Part shown: one piece after another, positions 35,608 through 45,693 of the stretch | How the letters are laid out: each line of letters begins with the position of its first letter | How positions within the stretch are numbered: position 1 is the stretch's first letter | Source: Candidatus Omnitrophota bacterium | Lineage (GTDB): Bacteria; Omnitrophota; Gorgyraeia; Gygaellales; Profunditerraquicolaceae | DNA: 64,000 bases | Direction: 5' to 3' | Assembly: GCA_028710685.1 (NCBI GenBank) | Contig: JAQTTQ010000001.1 | Span: 1,648 to 65,647, forward strand | The notes under the pieces: model-generated | What the model was told of the DNA's origin: nothing | The model's database searches: none | The model's input: only the letters and a program-made list of their open reading frames with translations | Position numbers and translations under genes: made by a program

Positions 35608-37038
35608 ATGCCAAAACCGGCGGTTAAAACAAAAGAAGTCCCTGCTTGTGAGAGAATCTTAGGTTTCTCAGAGGTCACCTGCGGGTATACGCAGGAAGAA
35701 GCCATTTTAGAAGCATCACGCTGCCTGCAGTGCAAAGACCCCAAGTGTATACCCGGTTGCCCGGTAGGGATAAATATCAAGCAGTTTATAAAACAGGTTA
35801 CGCAAAAAGATTTTGCCGGGGCCTATTATACTATCAGGGAAAAGAATAATTTTCCATGCATCTGCGGGAGAGTTTGCCCTGCGGAATACCAGTGCAGAAA
35901 GGCCTGTGTTTTAACAAAAAAAGATTCGCCATTTGCCAGCGCGGATTCCATAAATATACATTTTATTGAGAGGTTTGTCGGCGATTTCGGGATGAAAAAC
36001 GGTTTAAAGGTAAATATTATCCCCGATGAAAAAATCTCCGGGCATAAAGTTGCGGTTGTAGGCTCCGGGCCTGCCGGATTATGCTGCGCAGGAGAGTTAG
36101 CGCGTTTGGGGGTTAAGGTTACGGTCTTTGAGGCGTTGCATAAAAACGGAGGGGTATTAAGATATGGTATCCCGCCCTTTAGGATGCCGCGCGATATACT
36201 TGACTTCGAGATAAATTACCTGAAAAGCTTAGGCGTTGAGATCCTGCCGAATTTTATTGTAGGCAAGACTAACGATTTAGCGGATTTGTTTAAAGAAGGT
36301 TTTTCTGCGGTTTTTTTAGGTTTGGGTGCAGGGGTTCCTTCCTTTCTCGGTATTGCGGGAGAGAACCTTTGTAATGTTTATTCGGCAAATGAATTCCTGA
36401 CCAGGGTTAACCTTATGTCCGCATATGAGTTTCCTAAAGCCCATACTCCCGTTAATATAGGCAAGCATATCTTAGTGGTAGGCGGGGGGAATACGGCAAT
36501 GGATGCCGCGCGTTGTGCTTTAAGGCTGCAAAAGATGAATAATATTGAGCCTGATACTACTATTGTTTATAGGAGGACAGAGGTAGAGATGCCTGCCCGC
36601 AGGCTTGAGATAGAGCATGCCAAGGAAGAAGGCGTTAAGTTTAAGATGCTGGTCAGCCCGCAAGAGTTTAAGGGTGATGATTCCGGTTTTGTAAAGGTCT
36701 TAAAATCTTTGGAGTGTAAATTAGGGCAGCCGGATGCCTCTGGCAGAAGGAGGCCGGTTGCTATCGAGGGAAGCGATTTTGAAATTGAATGCGATCTGGC
36801 TATTATCGCCATAGGGCTTAAGGCGAATCAGGTTTTAACCAGCGTAACCCCGGAAATCAAAACAGATAAATATTCGGATGTAATAGTTAATCCTCAAACT
36901 ATGGAGACTTCTATGAGAGGGGTATTTGCCGGAGGCGACATAGTCGGAGGGGAAGGGACAGTGATTGAGGCAATGGGCATGGCTAAGAAGGCAGCCCTTG
37001 CAATTAAGGATTATTTGTATCAGTTACCTATTAAATAA
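35608..37038 (+). CDS. nfnB: NfnB/SudA-type large subunit (GltD-like NADPH oxidoreductase with two [4Fe-4S] clusters)
   Basis: CLQCKDPKCIPGCP and CICGRVCPAEYQCRKAC clusters. The FAD/NAD segment VAVVGSGPAGLCCAGEL. Length is 476 aa. Confidence 0.8.
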   Translation: MPKPAVKTKEVPACERILGFSEVTCGYTQEEAILEASRCLQCKDPKCIPGCPVGINIKQFIKQVTQKDFAGAYYTIREKNNFPCICGRVCPAEYQCRKACVLTKKDSPFASADSINIHFIERFVGDFGMKNGLKVNIIPDEKISGHKVAVVGSGPAGLCCAGELARLGVKVTVFEALHKNGGVLRYGIPPFRMPRDILDFEINYLKSLGVEILPNFIVGKTNDLADLFKEGFSAVFLGLGAGVPSFLGIAGENLCNVYSANEFLTRVNLMSAYEFPKAHTPVNIGKHILVVGGGNTAMDAARCALRLQKMNNIEPDTTIVYRRTEVEMPARRLEIEHAKEEGVKFKMLVSPQEFKGDDSGFVKVLKSLECKLGQPDASGRRRPVAIEGSDFEIECDLAIIAIGLKANQVLTSVTPEIKTDKYSDVIVNPQTMETSMRGVFAGGDIVGGEGTVIEAMGMAKKAALAIKDYLYQLPIK

Positions 37039-37062
37039 TTTAAATTTAAGGAGGTGGGGTAG

Positions 37063-38400
37063 ATGTCGGTAAAAATCGAAGAGTTTATGAATAATGTGAT
37101 AAGTAAGAACCCCAATGAGGCTGAATTCCATCAGGCAGTCAGGGAGGTCGTAGAATCGGTGCTTCCCTTTATCGAAGAAAATCCTAAGTACCTTAAGGCT
37201 AAAATATTAGAGAGAATGGTTGAGCCTGAAAGGACTATTATTTTCCGCACTCCCTGGCTTGATGATAAAGGAGAGATTCAGGTTAGCCGAGGTTACCGTA
37301 TAGAGATGAACAGCGCAATCGGGCCTTATAAGGGCGGTTTACGTTTTCATCCCAGCGTAAACTTAGGTATCTTGAAATTCTTGGCTTTTGAGCAGGTTTT
37401 TAAGAATGCGTTGACTACTCTGCCTATGGGCGGAGGCAAAGGGGGGTCAGATTTTGACCCTAAGGGGAAGTCGGATAACGAGGTGATGAGGTTTTGCCAG
37501 AGTTTTATGGTTGAGCTCTCCAGGCATATAGGCCCTAATACAGATGTCCCTGCCGGTGATATCGGGGTGGGCGGCCGCGAAATAGGCTATATGTTCGGCC
37601 AGTATAAAAGATTACGCAATGAATTTACCGGCGTTTTAACCGGCAAAGGATTAAACTGGGGAGGAAGTCTTATTCGTCCGGAGGCTACGGGATACGGCTG
37701 TGTATATTTTGTTGAAGAAATGCTTAAGACAAGGGGAGAGTCTCTTAAGGGTAAGGTTTGCGCCGTCTCCGGATCGGGTAATGTTGCCCAGTATACTGTA
37801 GAGAAACTGCTTCAGTTGGGGGCAAAGGTAGTAACGCTTTCTGACTCTGACGGATTTATCTATGATGGTGAAGGCATCGACCAGAAAGAGCTGAAGTGCG
37901 TTTTGAATTTAAAGAATGTTAAGCGCGGCCGCATAAAGGAATGCGCGAAGGAATTTAAGTGCGATTATTTCGATAAGCAAAAGCCCTGGTCGATAAAATG
38001 CGACGTAGCTTTCCCCAGCGCAACGCAAAATGAAATAGATGAGCAGGATGCAAAAACCCTGGTTAAAAACGGTTGTCTTGCTATAGGGGAAGGGGCGAAT
38101 ATGCCTACTACGCCCTCCGGAGTTGAAATCTTTCAGAAGGCTAAGATTCTTTATGCCCCGGGTAAGGCGTCTAATGCCGGAGGCGTGGCTACTTCCGGGT
38201 TAGAGATGTCCCAGAACAGTATGCGCCTTTCCTGGTCGCGCGAGGAGGTAGACAGAAAATTGCATGATATAATGGTGGCCATACATGAGCAGTGTGTTAA
38301 GTACGGTAAAGAAGACGGTTATATCAACTACGTTAAAGGAGCAAATATCGCCGGATTTGTTAAGGTTGCCGATGCCATGATTGACCAGGGAATAGTCTGA
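37063..38400 (+). CDS. gdhA: NADP-specific glutamate dehydrogenase
   Basis: Typical GdhA N-terminus (EAEFHQAVREVVESV), GGGKGG and the catalytic lysine region. Length is 445 aa. Confidence 0.9.
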   Translation: MSVKIEEFMNNVISKNPNEAEFHQAVREVVESVLPFIEENPKYLKAKILERMVEPERTIIFRTPWLDDKGEIQVSRGYRIEMNSAIGPYKGGLRFHPSVNLGILKFLAFEQVFKNALTTLPMGGGKGGSDFDPKGKSDNEVMRFCQSFMVELSRHIGPNTDVPAGDIGVGGREIGYMFGQYKRLRNEFTGVLTGKGLNWGGSLIRPEATGYGCVYFVEEMLKTRGESLKGKVCAVSGSGNVAQYTVEKLLQLGAKVVTLSDSDGFIYDGEGIDQKELKCVLNLKNVKRGRIKECAKEFKCDYFDKQKPWSIKCDVAFPSATQNEIDEQDAKTLVKNGCLAIGEGANMPTTPSGVEIFQKAKILYAPGKASNAGGVATSGLEMSQNSMRLSWSREEVDRKLHDIMVAIHEQCVKYGKEDGYINYVKGANIAGFVKVADAMIDQGIV

Positions 38401-38427
38401 TAATAGCACTAAAGACATTCTATTCTG

Positions 38428-38462
38428 AAAACGCCCTCTTATACTTGGAGGGCGTTTTTATT
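38428..38462 (+). terminator. intrinsic terminator after gdhA
   Basis: Stem ACGCCCTC/GAGGGCGT with a 9-nt loop, flanked by AAA and TTTTTATTATT. Confidence 0.75.
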
Positions 38463-38497
38463 ATTGAATAAACTTATTTTAGAGGTAAAATAAACCC

Positions 38498-40435
38498 ATG
38501 AATAAAGAAGAAGCTATAGAGGGTTTTATTAAAGGTTTGCGTATAGCTTTTAATAATGCCCTGGCCTATCCTAAAAACCACCCCTATCTCATTAAATCTC
38601 TAGAGGAGTTTAACTTTACAATACAAGAGCTGCTGCATTTTATTAACCCCATAGAGCTGGATATTGCCCCGGACTCTCTTTTTATGGATGAAAGATACTG
38701 GGCTAAGCCTGAGGTATATGTGGAGTTGGCTAAAATACTGCATCAGCGTAAAATAAAGAAAATAGTAATAAATCCCGGGTGTAACAGTGATGAGCTGATG
38801 GATTTATTAAGTGCCTTGGCCCTTTCCCCCAGGGATATTATTAAAAACGGCGGGTTAGGGGAAATATTAAAGAAGGCAGCATCCAGGCATATCTTAGTTG
38901 AGGAGTTGGACTATTCCAGCCTGCTTAATGCTCAATCCCAGGAGGATTCACCGGATGTATGGCGCTATCTATTTAAAGGAGCTGTTTCAGGCCAGGATAA
39001 GGCCAAGCTAAATGAATTTACGGACAATTTTTCTCTCTCGCTGAGGAAGATGCATGCACAGGATATAATCGCCGATTCCGATTTAAAGGAGGATTTGATT
39101 AAGTTTATGCGGCAGCTCAAAGAAAGCAATAATGAAAAGTTTTCTCAGTGTTCCGGAGAGCTATTCAATTATTTAGTTAATTCAGAAAATACTTTAACCG
39201 AACAGGATTTTCACTCCCTTAAGGTTCTCTTTAATGATTTAAATGAGCATGACCTGGCCCAGGTTTTATGGTCTAATGTTTCCAAAGATGAGCCTCCTGA
39301 CCCGTTGTTTTATAGCTTCTTTTCTACTATCTCCGAGAGCGTGGGTACCCAAAATATCGCAGCTTCTTTATCCAAGAGCATCGAGCCAAAGCTGTCGTTA
39401 AAGAAAAACCCTCTTTTAGCAAAGAAGATCCAGAGCCTTCTTTTAAGCCCTGATTCTCAGAATTTATCTCCGGTATATCGCAATACGCTTTCTTCCATGC
39501 TTAAGGACATGTCATCCGCTGAGGATTTCTTTTTCGACCCTGTTCAGATGCGGGTTAATTACTGTTTTATTCTGCTCAATATGTTAAGCAAAGAAAGTGA
39601 TGCCGCCAGAGAGAAGAATATATTGGAAAGATTAGACAAGGAATGGGGTTTTATAGCTGAGCATAGAGACTATGAATATATAAAATACCTTTTGCAGGTG
39701 GTTAAAGCCAACCTACAGAATGGGGTAGGGCCTATAGCCCAGTTAACGGTTTTAGAGGATAGGGTATCCCAGCTGATAGAAGAGGGGATTTGGAGCGGGG
39801 ATTCAAATGCCAGCTTGGATTCATTAGCCGAAGGGTTGGTTAATAGCCGCAAGGGGAGCCAGTTTTATCTCGATAAGATTTTTGAGGAAGGCAAGGTAAA
39901 TGTTTGCGGATTAACCATGTTTTTAAAGTTTTTCCCTTCCCAGTTGGATATTTTCTATTTTCGGGTAAAGTCAAAGTCTAATGATTTGGAATTCCTGGTC
40001 TCTATGGTAAGGGTTATTTCGAAGGTAAATCTGGACCTTTCTCTGCCGATACTGAAGCAGATTTATTCTTTTTCTAATGAGATGATAAGGGTAGAAATAT
40101 TAAAGTCGATGTTCAGTATGCCTCGGTTCGACCGGGATTTTCTCTCGGGCGCGCTTAAGGAGAGCAGCAGGATCTTAAAAAAAGAGATCCTTAAGGTTCT
40201 ATCAAGAGATAAAGAAGCGCAGAGGGAGGGGGTCCGGCTTCTGCTTGAGGTTAAAAGCCCCTGGGGGAGCAAGAATAGGGTAATACTGGAGAATATGTCG
40301 ATTATAGAAGAGTTGAGTTTGAGGGAAGGCGCGGATTACCTGTTGCCTTTTACTAAAATGAATTTATTTTGGCACGCCTCTTTAAAAAAGAAAGCCAAGG
40401 ATATATTGGAGAGCCTAACGTGCAGGAGAGAATAG
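38498..40435 (+). CDS. hypothetical 645-aa protein whose N-terminal ~140 aa are paralogous to the N-terminal domain of the downstream HD-GYP protein
   Basis: I recognised no catalytic motifs. The N-terminal pattern F..G...A...A.AY....HP.L.K.LE mirrors the N-terminus of the 40369 gene. The remainder is helix-rich and L/S/E/K-rich. Confidence 0.5.
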   Translation: MNKEEAIEGFIKGLRIAFNNALAYPKNHPYLIKSLEEFNFTIQELLHFINPIELDIAPDSLFMDERYWAKPEVYVELAKILHQRKIKKIVINPGCNSDELMDLLSALALSPRDIIKNGGLGEILKKAASRHILVEELDYSSLLNAQSQEDSPDVWRYLFKGAVSGQDKAKLNEFTDNFSLSLRKMHAQDIIADSDLKEDLIKFMRQLKESNNEKFSQCSGELFNYLVNSENTLTEQDFHSLKVLFNDLNEHDLAQVLWSNVSKDEPPDPLFYSFFSTISESVGTQNIAASLSKSIEPKLSLKKNPLLAKKIQSLLLSPDSQNLSPVYRNTLSSMLKDMSSAEDFFFDPVQMRVNYCFILLNMLSKESDAAREKNILERLDKEWGFIAEHRDYEYIKYLLQVVKANLQNGVGPIAQLTVLEDRVSQLIEEGIWSGDSNASLDSLAEGLVNSRKGSQFYLDKIFEEGKVNVCGLTMFLKFFPSQLDIFYFRVKSKSNDLEFLVSMVRVISKVNLDLSLPILKQIYSFSNEMIRVEILKSMFSMPRFDRDFLSGALKESSRILKKEILKVLSRDKEAQREGVRLLLEVKSPWGSKNRVILENMSIIEELSLREGADYLLPFTKMNLFWHASLKKKAKDILESLTCRRE

Positions 40436-41730
40436 AGTTATCTTTTAAGGATTTCCTGGCTGCGGTACAGACAGCCAAGCTTTATGGGATGGGGCATCCT
40501 ATACTTAAGAAAGCGCTTGAAAAGGCTTTTAACAGTATCGAGGGTGCATTAATGGACAGGGCTGAGTTTACCATAGGCATTATCGGTGATGAAATTGCTT
40601 TTGAGAAAGAGATACTTTTTTCCCTGAGCAAACTAGCTGAGGTAGGAGTAGGTTATATTAAAGAGAGGGGCATTGAAAGGATTACCTTTAACAGAGGCAT
40701 TGAGTTTGTTGAGCTTGAGAAATTTGTTTCGCTTCTCTCGATGCCTAAGGAAGATATCCAGGGCCAGCCACAGGATCATCTTTTCTCAATGGGGGTTAAT
40801 AATATAAGTATCGGCAAAATAGGCGTAAGTTTGGGCAAGCCAGCTCAGGAAGAGGATTCCTTTATTGATATTGCTTCGCCTTTATCCCGGATATTTAACC
40901 ATGAGGCCGTGGATGGCATAGCCTTAAAATCATCCATAAATAATATTATCAATAATTTAGGGGGGCAATACCAGCAGCTGCTTAAACTTAATACCCTTAA
41001 AAGGTATGACCTGGGGACATTCACTCATATTATTAATACCTCTGTCTTAAGCATGTATTTTTCTTCCAAAATCGGTTTTCCTAAGGATTCAATATTAGAA
41101 ATCGGGTTAGCCGCCCTTTTCCATGATATAGGCAAGCTTTATATATCGAGGAAGATTATCCGTAAACCCGGGCAGTTAAGCGAATTTGAATTCTCTCAGA
41201 TTGAAAGCCATACGGTGCTTGGTTCAGCGCTCCTTTTGCAATATGTAGATACATTAGGTATTATGCCGGTGGTGGTAAGTTTTGAACATCATTTAAAATA
41301 TGATTTAAGCGGATATCCCAAGCTTTCTTTTCCCAGGAGACCCAACATTGTTTCTCAAATAGTTTCTGTTTGCGATGTTTATGATGCACTCTCCGCGAGA
41401 AGAAGCTATAAGTCAGATTACCCTCCGGATGCAATATATAACCTTATGATGCGCGGTAAAGGCACAACCTATAATCCTTTTTTAATCGATCGATTTTTTC
41501 AGATAGTTGGGGTCTGGCCGATCGGCTCGATTGTGGCCTTGAGCGATAGGAGAGTGGCGGTAGTTTCCGAAGAGAATCAGGATGATATATTTGCGCCTAT
41601 AGTAAAGGTAATCTATCCTGAAAAGAAAGAGGCCCCGGTAGACCTCAAGGGTAATAAGGATAACCTTAAGATTGAGCGTTATCTTAACCCCTGGACAGAG
41701 GGGAAGGATTTTCTGCATTTATTAGGATAG
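40369..41730 (+). CDS. HD-GYP domain protein (putative c-di-GMP phosphodiesterase) with an N-terminal accessory domain
   Basis: HD motif (LFHDIGK) and HHLKYDLSGYP. It overlaps the upstream gene. An in-frame GTG at 40420 with a GGAGAG RBS is a plausible alternative start. Confidence 0.8.
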   Translation: MARLFKKESQGYIGEPNVQERIELSFKDFLAAVQTAKLYGMGHPILKKALEKAFNSIEGALMDRAEFTIGIIGDEIAFEKEILFSLSKLAEVGVGYIKERGIERITFNRGIEFVELEKFVSLLSMPKEDIQGQPQDHLFSMGVNNISIGKIGVSLGKPAQEEDSFIDIASPLSRIFNHEAVDGIALKSSINNIINNLGGQYQQLLKLNTLKRYDLGTFTHIINTSVLSMYFSSKIGFPKDSILEIGLAALFHDIGKLYISRKIIRKPGQLSEFEFSQIESHTVLGSALLLQYVDTLGIMPVVVSFEHHLKYDLSGYPKLSFPRRPNIVSQIVSVCDVYDALSARRSYKSDYPPDAIYNLMMRGKGTTYNPFLIDRFFQIVGVWPIGSIVALSDRRVAVVSEENQDDIFAPIVKVIYPEKKEAPVDLKGNKDNLKIERYLNPWTEGKDFLHLLG

Positions 41731-41795
41731 TTCTTGTCCTATTTACAAAGATATAGTAGAGTAATACAATAATTCAATAATCAAGGGAGCCTATC

Positions 41796-43316
41796 TTGAA
41801 AACAGGTTTTGATAACGAAAAATATCTTAAAGAGCAAACCCAGGCTATAGTTGAGCGCGTACGTAAGTTTGATAATAAACTATATCTTGAATTCGGGGGT
41901 AAGCTTTGCTTTGATTATCACGCCTCCCGCGTGCTTCCCGGATATGACCCTAACGTAAAGATAAGGCTGCTGCAGTCATTAAAAGATAAGATAGACATTG
42001 TTTTATCTATATATGCCGGAGACATTGAGAAGGGCAGGGTGCGCGGCGATTTCGGGATTACTTATGATGCGGCTACCTTGAAATTAATAGATGACTTAAG
42101 AAAGTGGGGGCTGGATATACTGGCAGTAGTCATTACGCGTTTTAACAACCAGTCCTCTGCCGTAATCTTTAAGAATAAGTTAGAGCGCAGGGGGGTAAAG
42201 GTTTATCTGCATTACCCTATAGAGGGTTACCCTGCAGACGTAGACTCAATAGTAAGCGAGAAAGGTTTCGGGAGAAATGATTTTATAGAAACCAAGAATC
42301 CCATTTGCGTTGTTACTGCCCCGGGGCCAAACAGCGGCAAGCTTTCGGTATGCCTCTCCCAGCTATACCACGAGCATAAACGCGGGATAAACGCCGGATA
42401 TGCCAAATTTGAGACATTCCCGATCTGGAACCTTGCCCTCAAGCATCCGGTTAACGTTGCATATGAGGCGGCTACCGCAGATATCCAGGATTTTAACCTG
42501 GTGGATCCGTTTCATCTTAATAAATATAGTAAGACTTCAATTAATTATAACCGTGATGTGGAGAGCTTTCCGATCTTAAAACTTATCTTAACCCGGATAT
42601 TTGATAAAAATTTAAATCAGCCTGTTTATAATTCTCCTACGGATATGGGGGTTAACCGGGCGGGGTTTGGGATAGTGGATGACAAGATTGTCCAGGATGC
42701 CGCTAAGCAGGAGTTAATCCGCAGGTTTTTCAGATATAATAGCGAATATCTTCTGGGTATTGAGAGGAAAGAAACTGTAGACAGGGTAACCTTGTTAATG
42801 GAGGAGCTGGGGGTTAAGGTTATTGACCGGGCAGTTGTGGAAGTGGCCAGAAAGACCGCAGATGAGGCAGAGGCGAAGGGTAAGGGGAATGCCGGAATAT
42901 TTTGCGGGGCAGCTATTGCCCTTGCCGACGGAAGGATTATTACGGGTAAGAATTCTAGGCTTATGCATGCAGCCTCAAGCCTGATTTTAAACGCGGTTAA
43001 GGTTTTGGCTAATATACCGGATGAGATACTCCTGCTCTCGCCTCATATCATTAACCAGATCGCTAAGCTTAAGGAAGGAATATTAGACTCTGATTCTGAA
43101 AGTCTCGATCTGGAAGAATCCCTTATCGCCTTATCTATAAGCGCCACTACGAATCATACCGCAGAAATAGCTATGCAGAAGCTTGTGCTCCTGAAGGGTT
43201 GCGAGGTGCATATGACTCATATCCCCACCCCCGGGGATGAAGTGGGATTAAAAAGGCTCGGCGTTAATCTTACCACAGACGGGAAGTTCTCTTCGCGCAA
43301 CCTCTTTGTAACTTAA
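41796..43316 (+). CDS. UPF0371/DUF1846-family protein
   Basis: From memory, the N-terminus MKTGFDNEKYLKEQTQAIVERV...LYLEFGGKL...YHASRVLPGYDPN is characteristic of this ~500-aa conserved family. TTG start with an AAGGGAGC RBS. Confidence 0.65.
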   Translation: MKTGFDNEKYLKEQTQAIVERVRKFDNKLYLEFGGKLCFDYHASRVLPGYDPNVKIRLLQSLKDKIDIVLSIYAGDIEKGRVRGDFGITYDAATLKLIDDLRKWGLDILAVVITRFNNQSSAVIFKNKLERRGVKVYLHYPIEGYPADVDSIVSEKGFGRNDFIETKNPICVVTAPGPNSGKLSVCLSQLYHEHKRGINAGYAKFETFPIWNLALKHPVNVAYEAATADIQDFNLVDPFHLNKYSKTSINYNRDVESFPILKLILTRIFDKNLNQPVYNSPTDMGVNRAGFGIVDDKIVQDAAKQELIRRFFRYNSEYLLGIERKETVDRVTLLMEELGVKVIDRAVVEVARKTADEAEAKGKGNAGIFCGAAIALADGRIITGKNSRLMHAASSLILNAVKVLANIPDEILLLSPHIINQIAKLKEGILDSDSESLDLEESLIALSISATTNHTAEIAMQKLVLLKGCEVHMTHIPTPGDEVGLKRLGVNLTTDGKFSSRNLFVT

Positions 43317-43996
43317 TGGCTATCCGAAAGTACAATCAGGAGCTTAAGTTTATTGCTTTTATCCTGGTTATATTATTGTTGTGGTATCTAAGCCGCTATT
43401 TAGGCATAGATATCCCCGCCCTGCAGGATTCTCTTTCCGGTTATCCTCTTTTTTTAAGCGCGTCATTATACGTTGTGTTTTACGTAATTATAAGTTTTTT
43501 TATTTTTTTCTCCAAGGATGTATTCTGGTTTAGCGGGGCATTACTCTTCGGGCCTTTTTTAAGTGCCTCGTTAATCTGCGTGGCTGAATTTATCAATGCT
43601 TTTATTTTATTCTATTTATCCCGTTTTTTGGGAAGGGGGTATGTTCAGAAAAGACTGTCCGGAAGGTACCATGCCTTGGATGAAAAACTGAGCAGGCTGA
43701 ATATCTTTTGGTTGCTGGTGTTTAGGGCGGCACCCTTAGTGCCCTACAGATTCATGGATTTGGCTGCCGGCTTAACCGGGATGCGTTTTGGAAAATATTT
43801 GGTAGCAGTTATCTTTGGCACCCCCTTAAAAATGTTCTGGATCCAGTATATTGTTTATGCCGTGGGTAAAAGTATTTTAAATAATCCGCTGGCGCTTACT
43901 GAATATTTCTTAAATAATAAGGTATTGTTTTTATCCAGTTTTATCTATATTATATTAGTAGCCATGGTTATTTTTAAAATAATGAAAAAGGATTAG
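43316..43996 (+). CDS. TVP38/TMEM64 (DedA-related) family membrane protein
   Basis: Multi-TM protein with a VPYRFMDLAAGLTGMRF-type re-entrant loop signature. Confidence 0.7.
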   Translation: MAIRKYNQELKFIAFILVILLLWYLSRYLGIDIPALQDSLSGYPLFLSASLYVVFYVIISFFIFFSKDVFWFSGALLFGPFLSASLICVAEFINAFILFYLSRFLGRGYVQKRLSGRYHALDEKLSRLNIFWLLVFRAAPLVPYRFMDLAAGLTGMRFGKYLVAVIFGTPLKMFWIQYIVYAVGKSILNNPLALTEYFLNNKVLFLSSFIYIILVAMVIFKIMKKD

Positions 43997-44001
43997 TTTT
44001 T

Positions 44002-45396
44002 ATGCCGATAAAATTAAGATTTCTTGGCGGGGTAATGACGGTTACAGGCTCAAGCCATTTGATCACCGCTGGTAAAACTGAAGTATTGCTGGATGCCGGA
44101 TTATTCCAGGGCCGGCGCGATGAGTTTTATAAGATAAATACGACTTTTGATTTTAATCCGCGCTCAATCAATGCCCTCATCTTATCGCATGCCCATATTG
44201 ACCATTGCGGCAATATCCCCAGCTTAATCAAAAAAGGGTTGCGCTGTAAGATATATACTACATCTGCTACTAAAGACTTGGCGGGATTAATGCTTGAGGA
44301 TTCGGGTAAAATACAGGAAGAAGATATAAAGTACTTGAATAAAATAAATAAGAGGATTGGCTTGCCTAAAAGGGAGCCGCTTTATACTAAGAAGGAAGCT
44401 GCCCGGGCAACTAAAATTTTCCGGCCCATAGCTTACGGGCAGAAGTTTTGCGTGGCTAAGGATGTTTATGTGACCCTGGTGAATGCCGGGCATATTTTAG
44501 GTTCAGCGATAACGGTTTTAGATATTAAAGACGAAGGCCGCTCTATCCGCCTGGGTTATGCCGTAGATTTGGGCAGAAAAAATCTCCCCTTGCTTAATGA
44601 CCCGGTTATCCCTAAAAACCTCGATTACCTTATTATGGAGAGTACTTACGGAGGCAGGTTGCATGCGCCTATTGAGGAGGCCCAGTCAAAATTAAGGGAG
44701 GCTATATCGCGTACCTTGCGCAGGGGAGGCAAGGTTCTTATCCCTTCCTTTACCCTTGAGCGCGCGCAGGAAGTGGTTTATTTCCTAAATGAATTATTGA
44801 AAGAGAAACTTATCCCTGCGGTACCGATATATGTGGATAGCCCGCTGGCTACGGATATTACTGAGATGTTTGAATACCACTGTGATTATCTCGATAAGAA
44901 GACCGGTGATGATATAGCAAGGGGGAATAGCCCATTTGGTTTGCTTAATTTAAGGTTTATCCGGGACCAAAAAGAGTCTAAGGCCTTGAATGCGGATAAG
45001 CGCCCGATGATTATTATTGCGGGAAGCGGAATGTGCGAATCCGGCAGGATCCTGCATCATTTGCAGAATAATATCGAAGATAGCCGCAATATGATTCTTG
45101 TTGTTGGTTATATGGCCCGCGATACCCTAGGCAGGCGGATTGTAGACAAAGAGAAGCTGGTGCGCATATTCGGTATTGAGTATGAGCTTAACGCCGAGGT
45201 GGTTACGGTTAATGCCATGTCAGGGCATGCCGATCAAGGCGAACTTCTGGAATTTGTTTCTGCATGTATGCCTTTAAAGCGCATTTTCCTGGTGCACGGC
45301 GAGGAGGAGCAGATAAATATTTTATCCGGCATCCTTGCGCAAAAAGGCATAAATGTCCATGCCCCGGTAAAAAATGAAGAAGTGTTGCTAGATTGA
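44002..45396 (+). CDS. MBL-fold beta-CASP ribonuclease (RNase J/CPSF-like RNA-metabolising hydrolase)
   Basis: HAHIDHCG metal-binding segment, beta-CASP-like insert and a C-terminal His. Length is 464 aa. Confidence 0.75.
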   Translation: MPIKLRFLGGVMTVTGSSHLITAGKTEVLLDAGLFQGRRDEFYKINTTFDFNPRSINALILSHAHIDHCGNIPSLIKKGLRCKIYTTSATKDLAGLMLEDSGKIQEEDIKYLNKINKRIGLPKREPLYTKKEAARATKIFRPIAYGQKFCVAKDVYVTLVNAGHILGSAITVLDIKDEGRSIRLGYAVDLGRKNLPLLNDPVIPKNLDYLIMESTYGGRLHAPIEEAQSKLREAISRTLRRGGKVLIPSFTLERAQEVVYFLNELLKEKLIPAVPIYVDSPLATDITEMFEYHCDYLDKKTGDDIARGNSPFGLLNLRFIRDQKESKALNADKRPMIIIAGSGMCESGRILHHLQNNIEDSRNMILVVGYMARDTLGRRIVDKEKLVRIFGIEYELNAEVVTVNAMSGHADQGELLEFVSACMPLKRIFLVHGEEEQINILSGILAQKGINVHAPVKNEEVLLD

Positions 45397-45404
45397 TAAT
45401 TGTG

Positions 45405-45418
45405 TGGTAATATTACCA
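45405..45418 (+). promoter_or_regulatory. perfect 14-bp palindrome overlapping an extended -10 upstream of the L27-like gene
   Basis: TGGTAATATTACCA. It contains TGgTAATAT, an extended -10-like element, 7 nt before the AAGGAGG RBS. Confidence 0.4.
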
Positions 45419-45437
45419 AACATAAGGAGGATATACA

Positions 45438-45683
45438 ATGATAGGCGGATTTTCAACACCTAAGAAAGATAAGGCAAGCAAGGTTTCGGGGGGCATGGCT
45501 GTTAAGACCGGGCAGATATTGGTCAGGGGGGTAGATACCTATAAGGCGGGGGTTAATGTGAAAGGCCCGGGCACGCTTTTTGCCCTGTGTGATGGGAAGA
45601 TTTATTTTACCCGTAAGAAAACAAGCCGCGGAAAATTACGCACATTTGTGAATATTAAGCCTGCGGTTAAGAAGGCTAAGTAA
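45438..45683 (+). CDS. rpmA: ribosomal protein L27-like (divergent N-terminus)
   Basis: The core GG.AVKTGQILVRG..TYKAGVNVKGPGTLFALCDGKIYF aligns to L27 (GG.VLAG.IIVRQRGTKFHAG.NVG.GRDHTLFA..DGKVKF). The N-terminal AHKKxGGSTRNGRDS motif is replaced by MIGGFSTPKKDKAS. No rplU gene is adjacent. Confidence 0.55.
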   Translation: MIGGFSTPKKDKASKVSGGMAVKTGQILVRGVDTYKAGVNVKGPGTLFALCDGKIYFTRKKTSRGKLRTFVNIKPAVKKAK

Positions 45684-45693
45684 GTTTTCTGCT

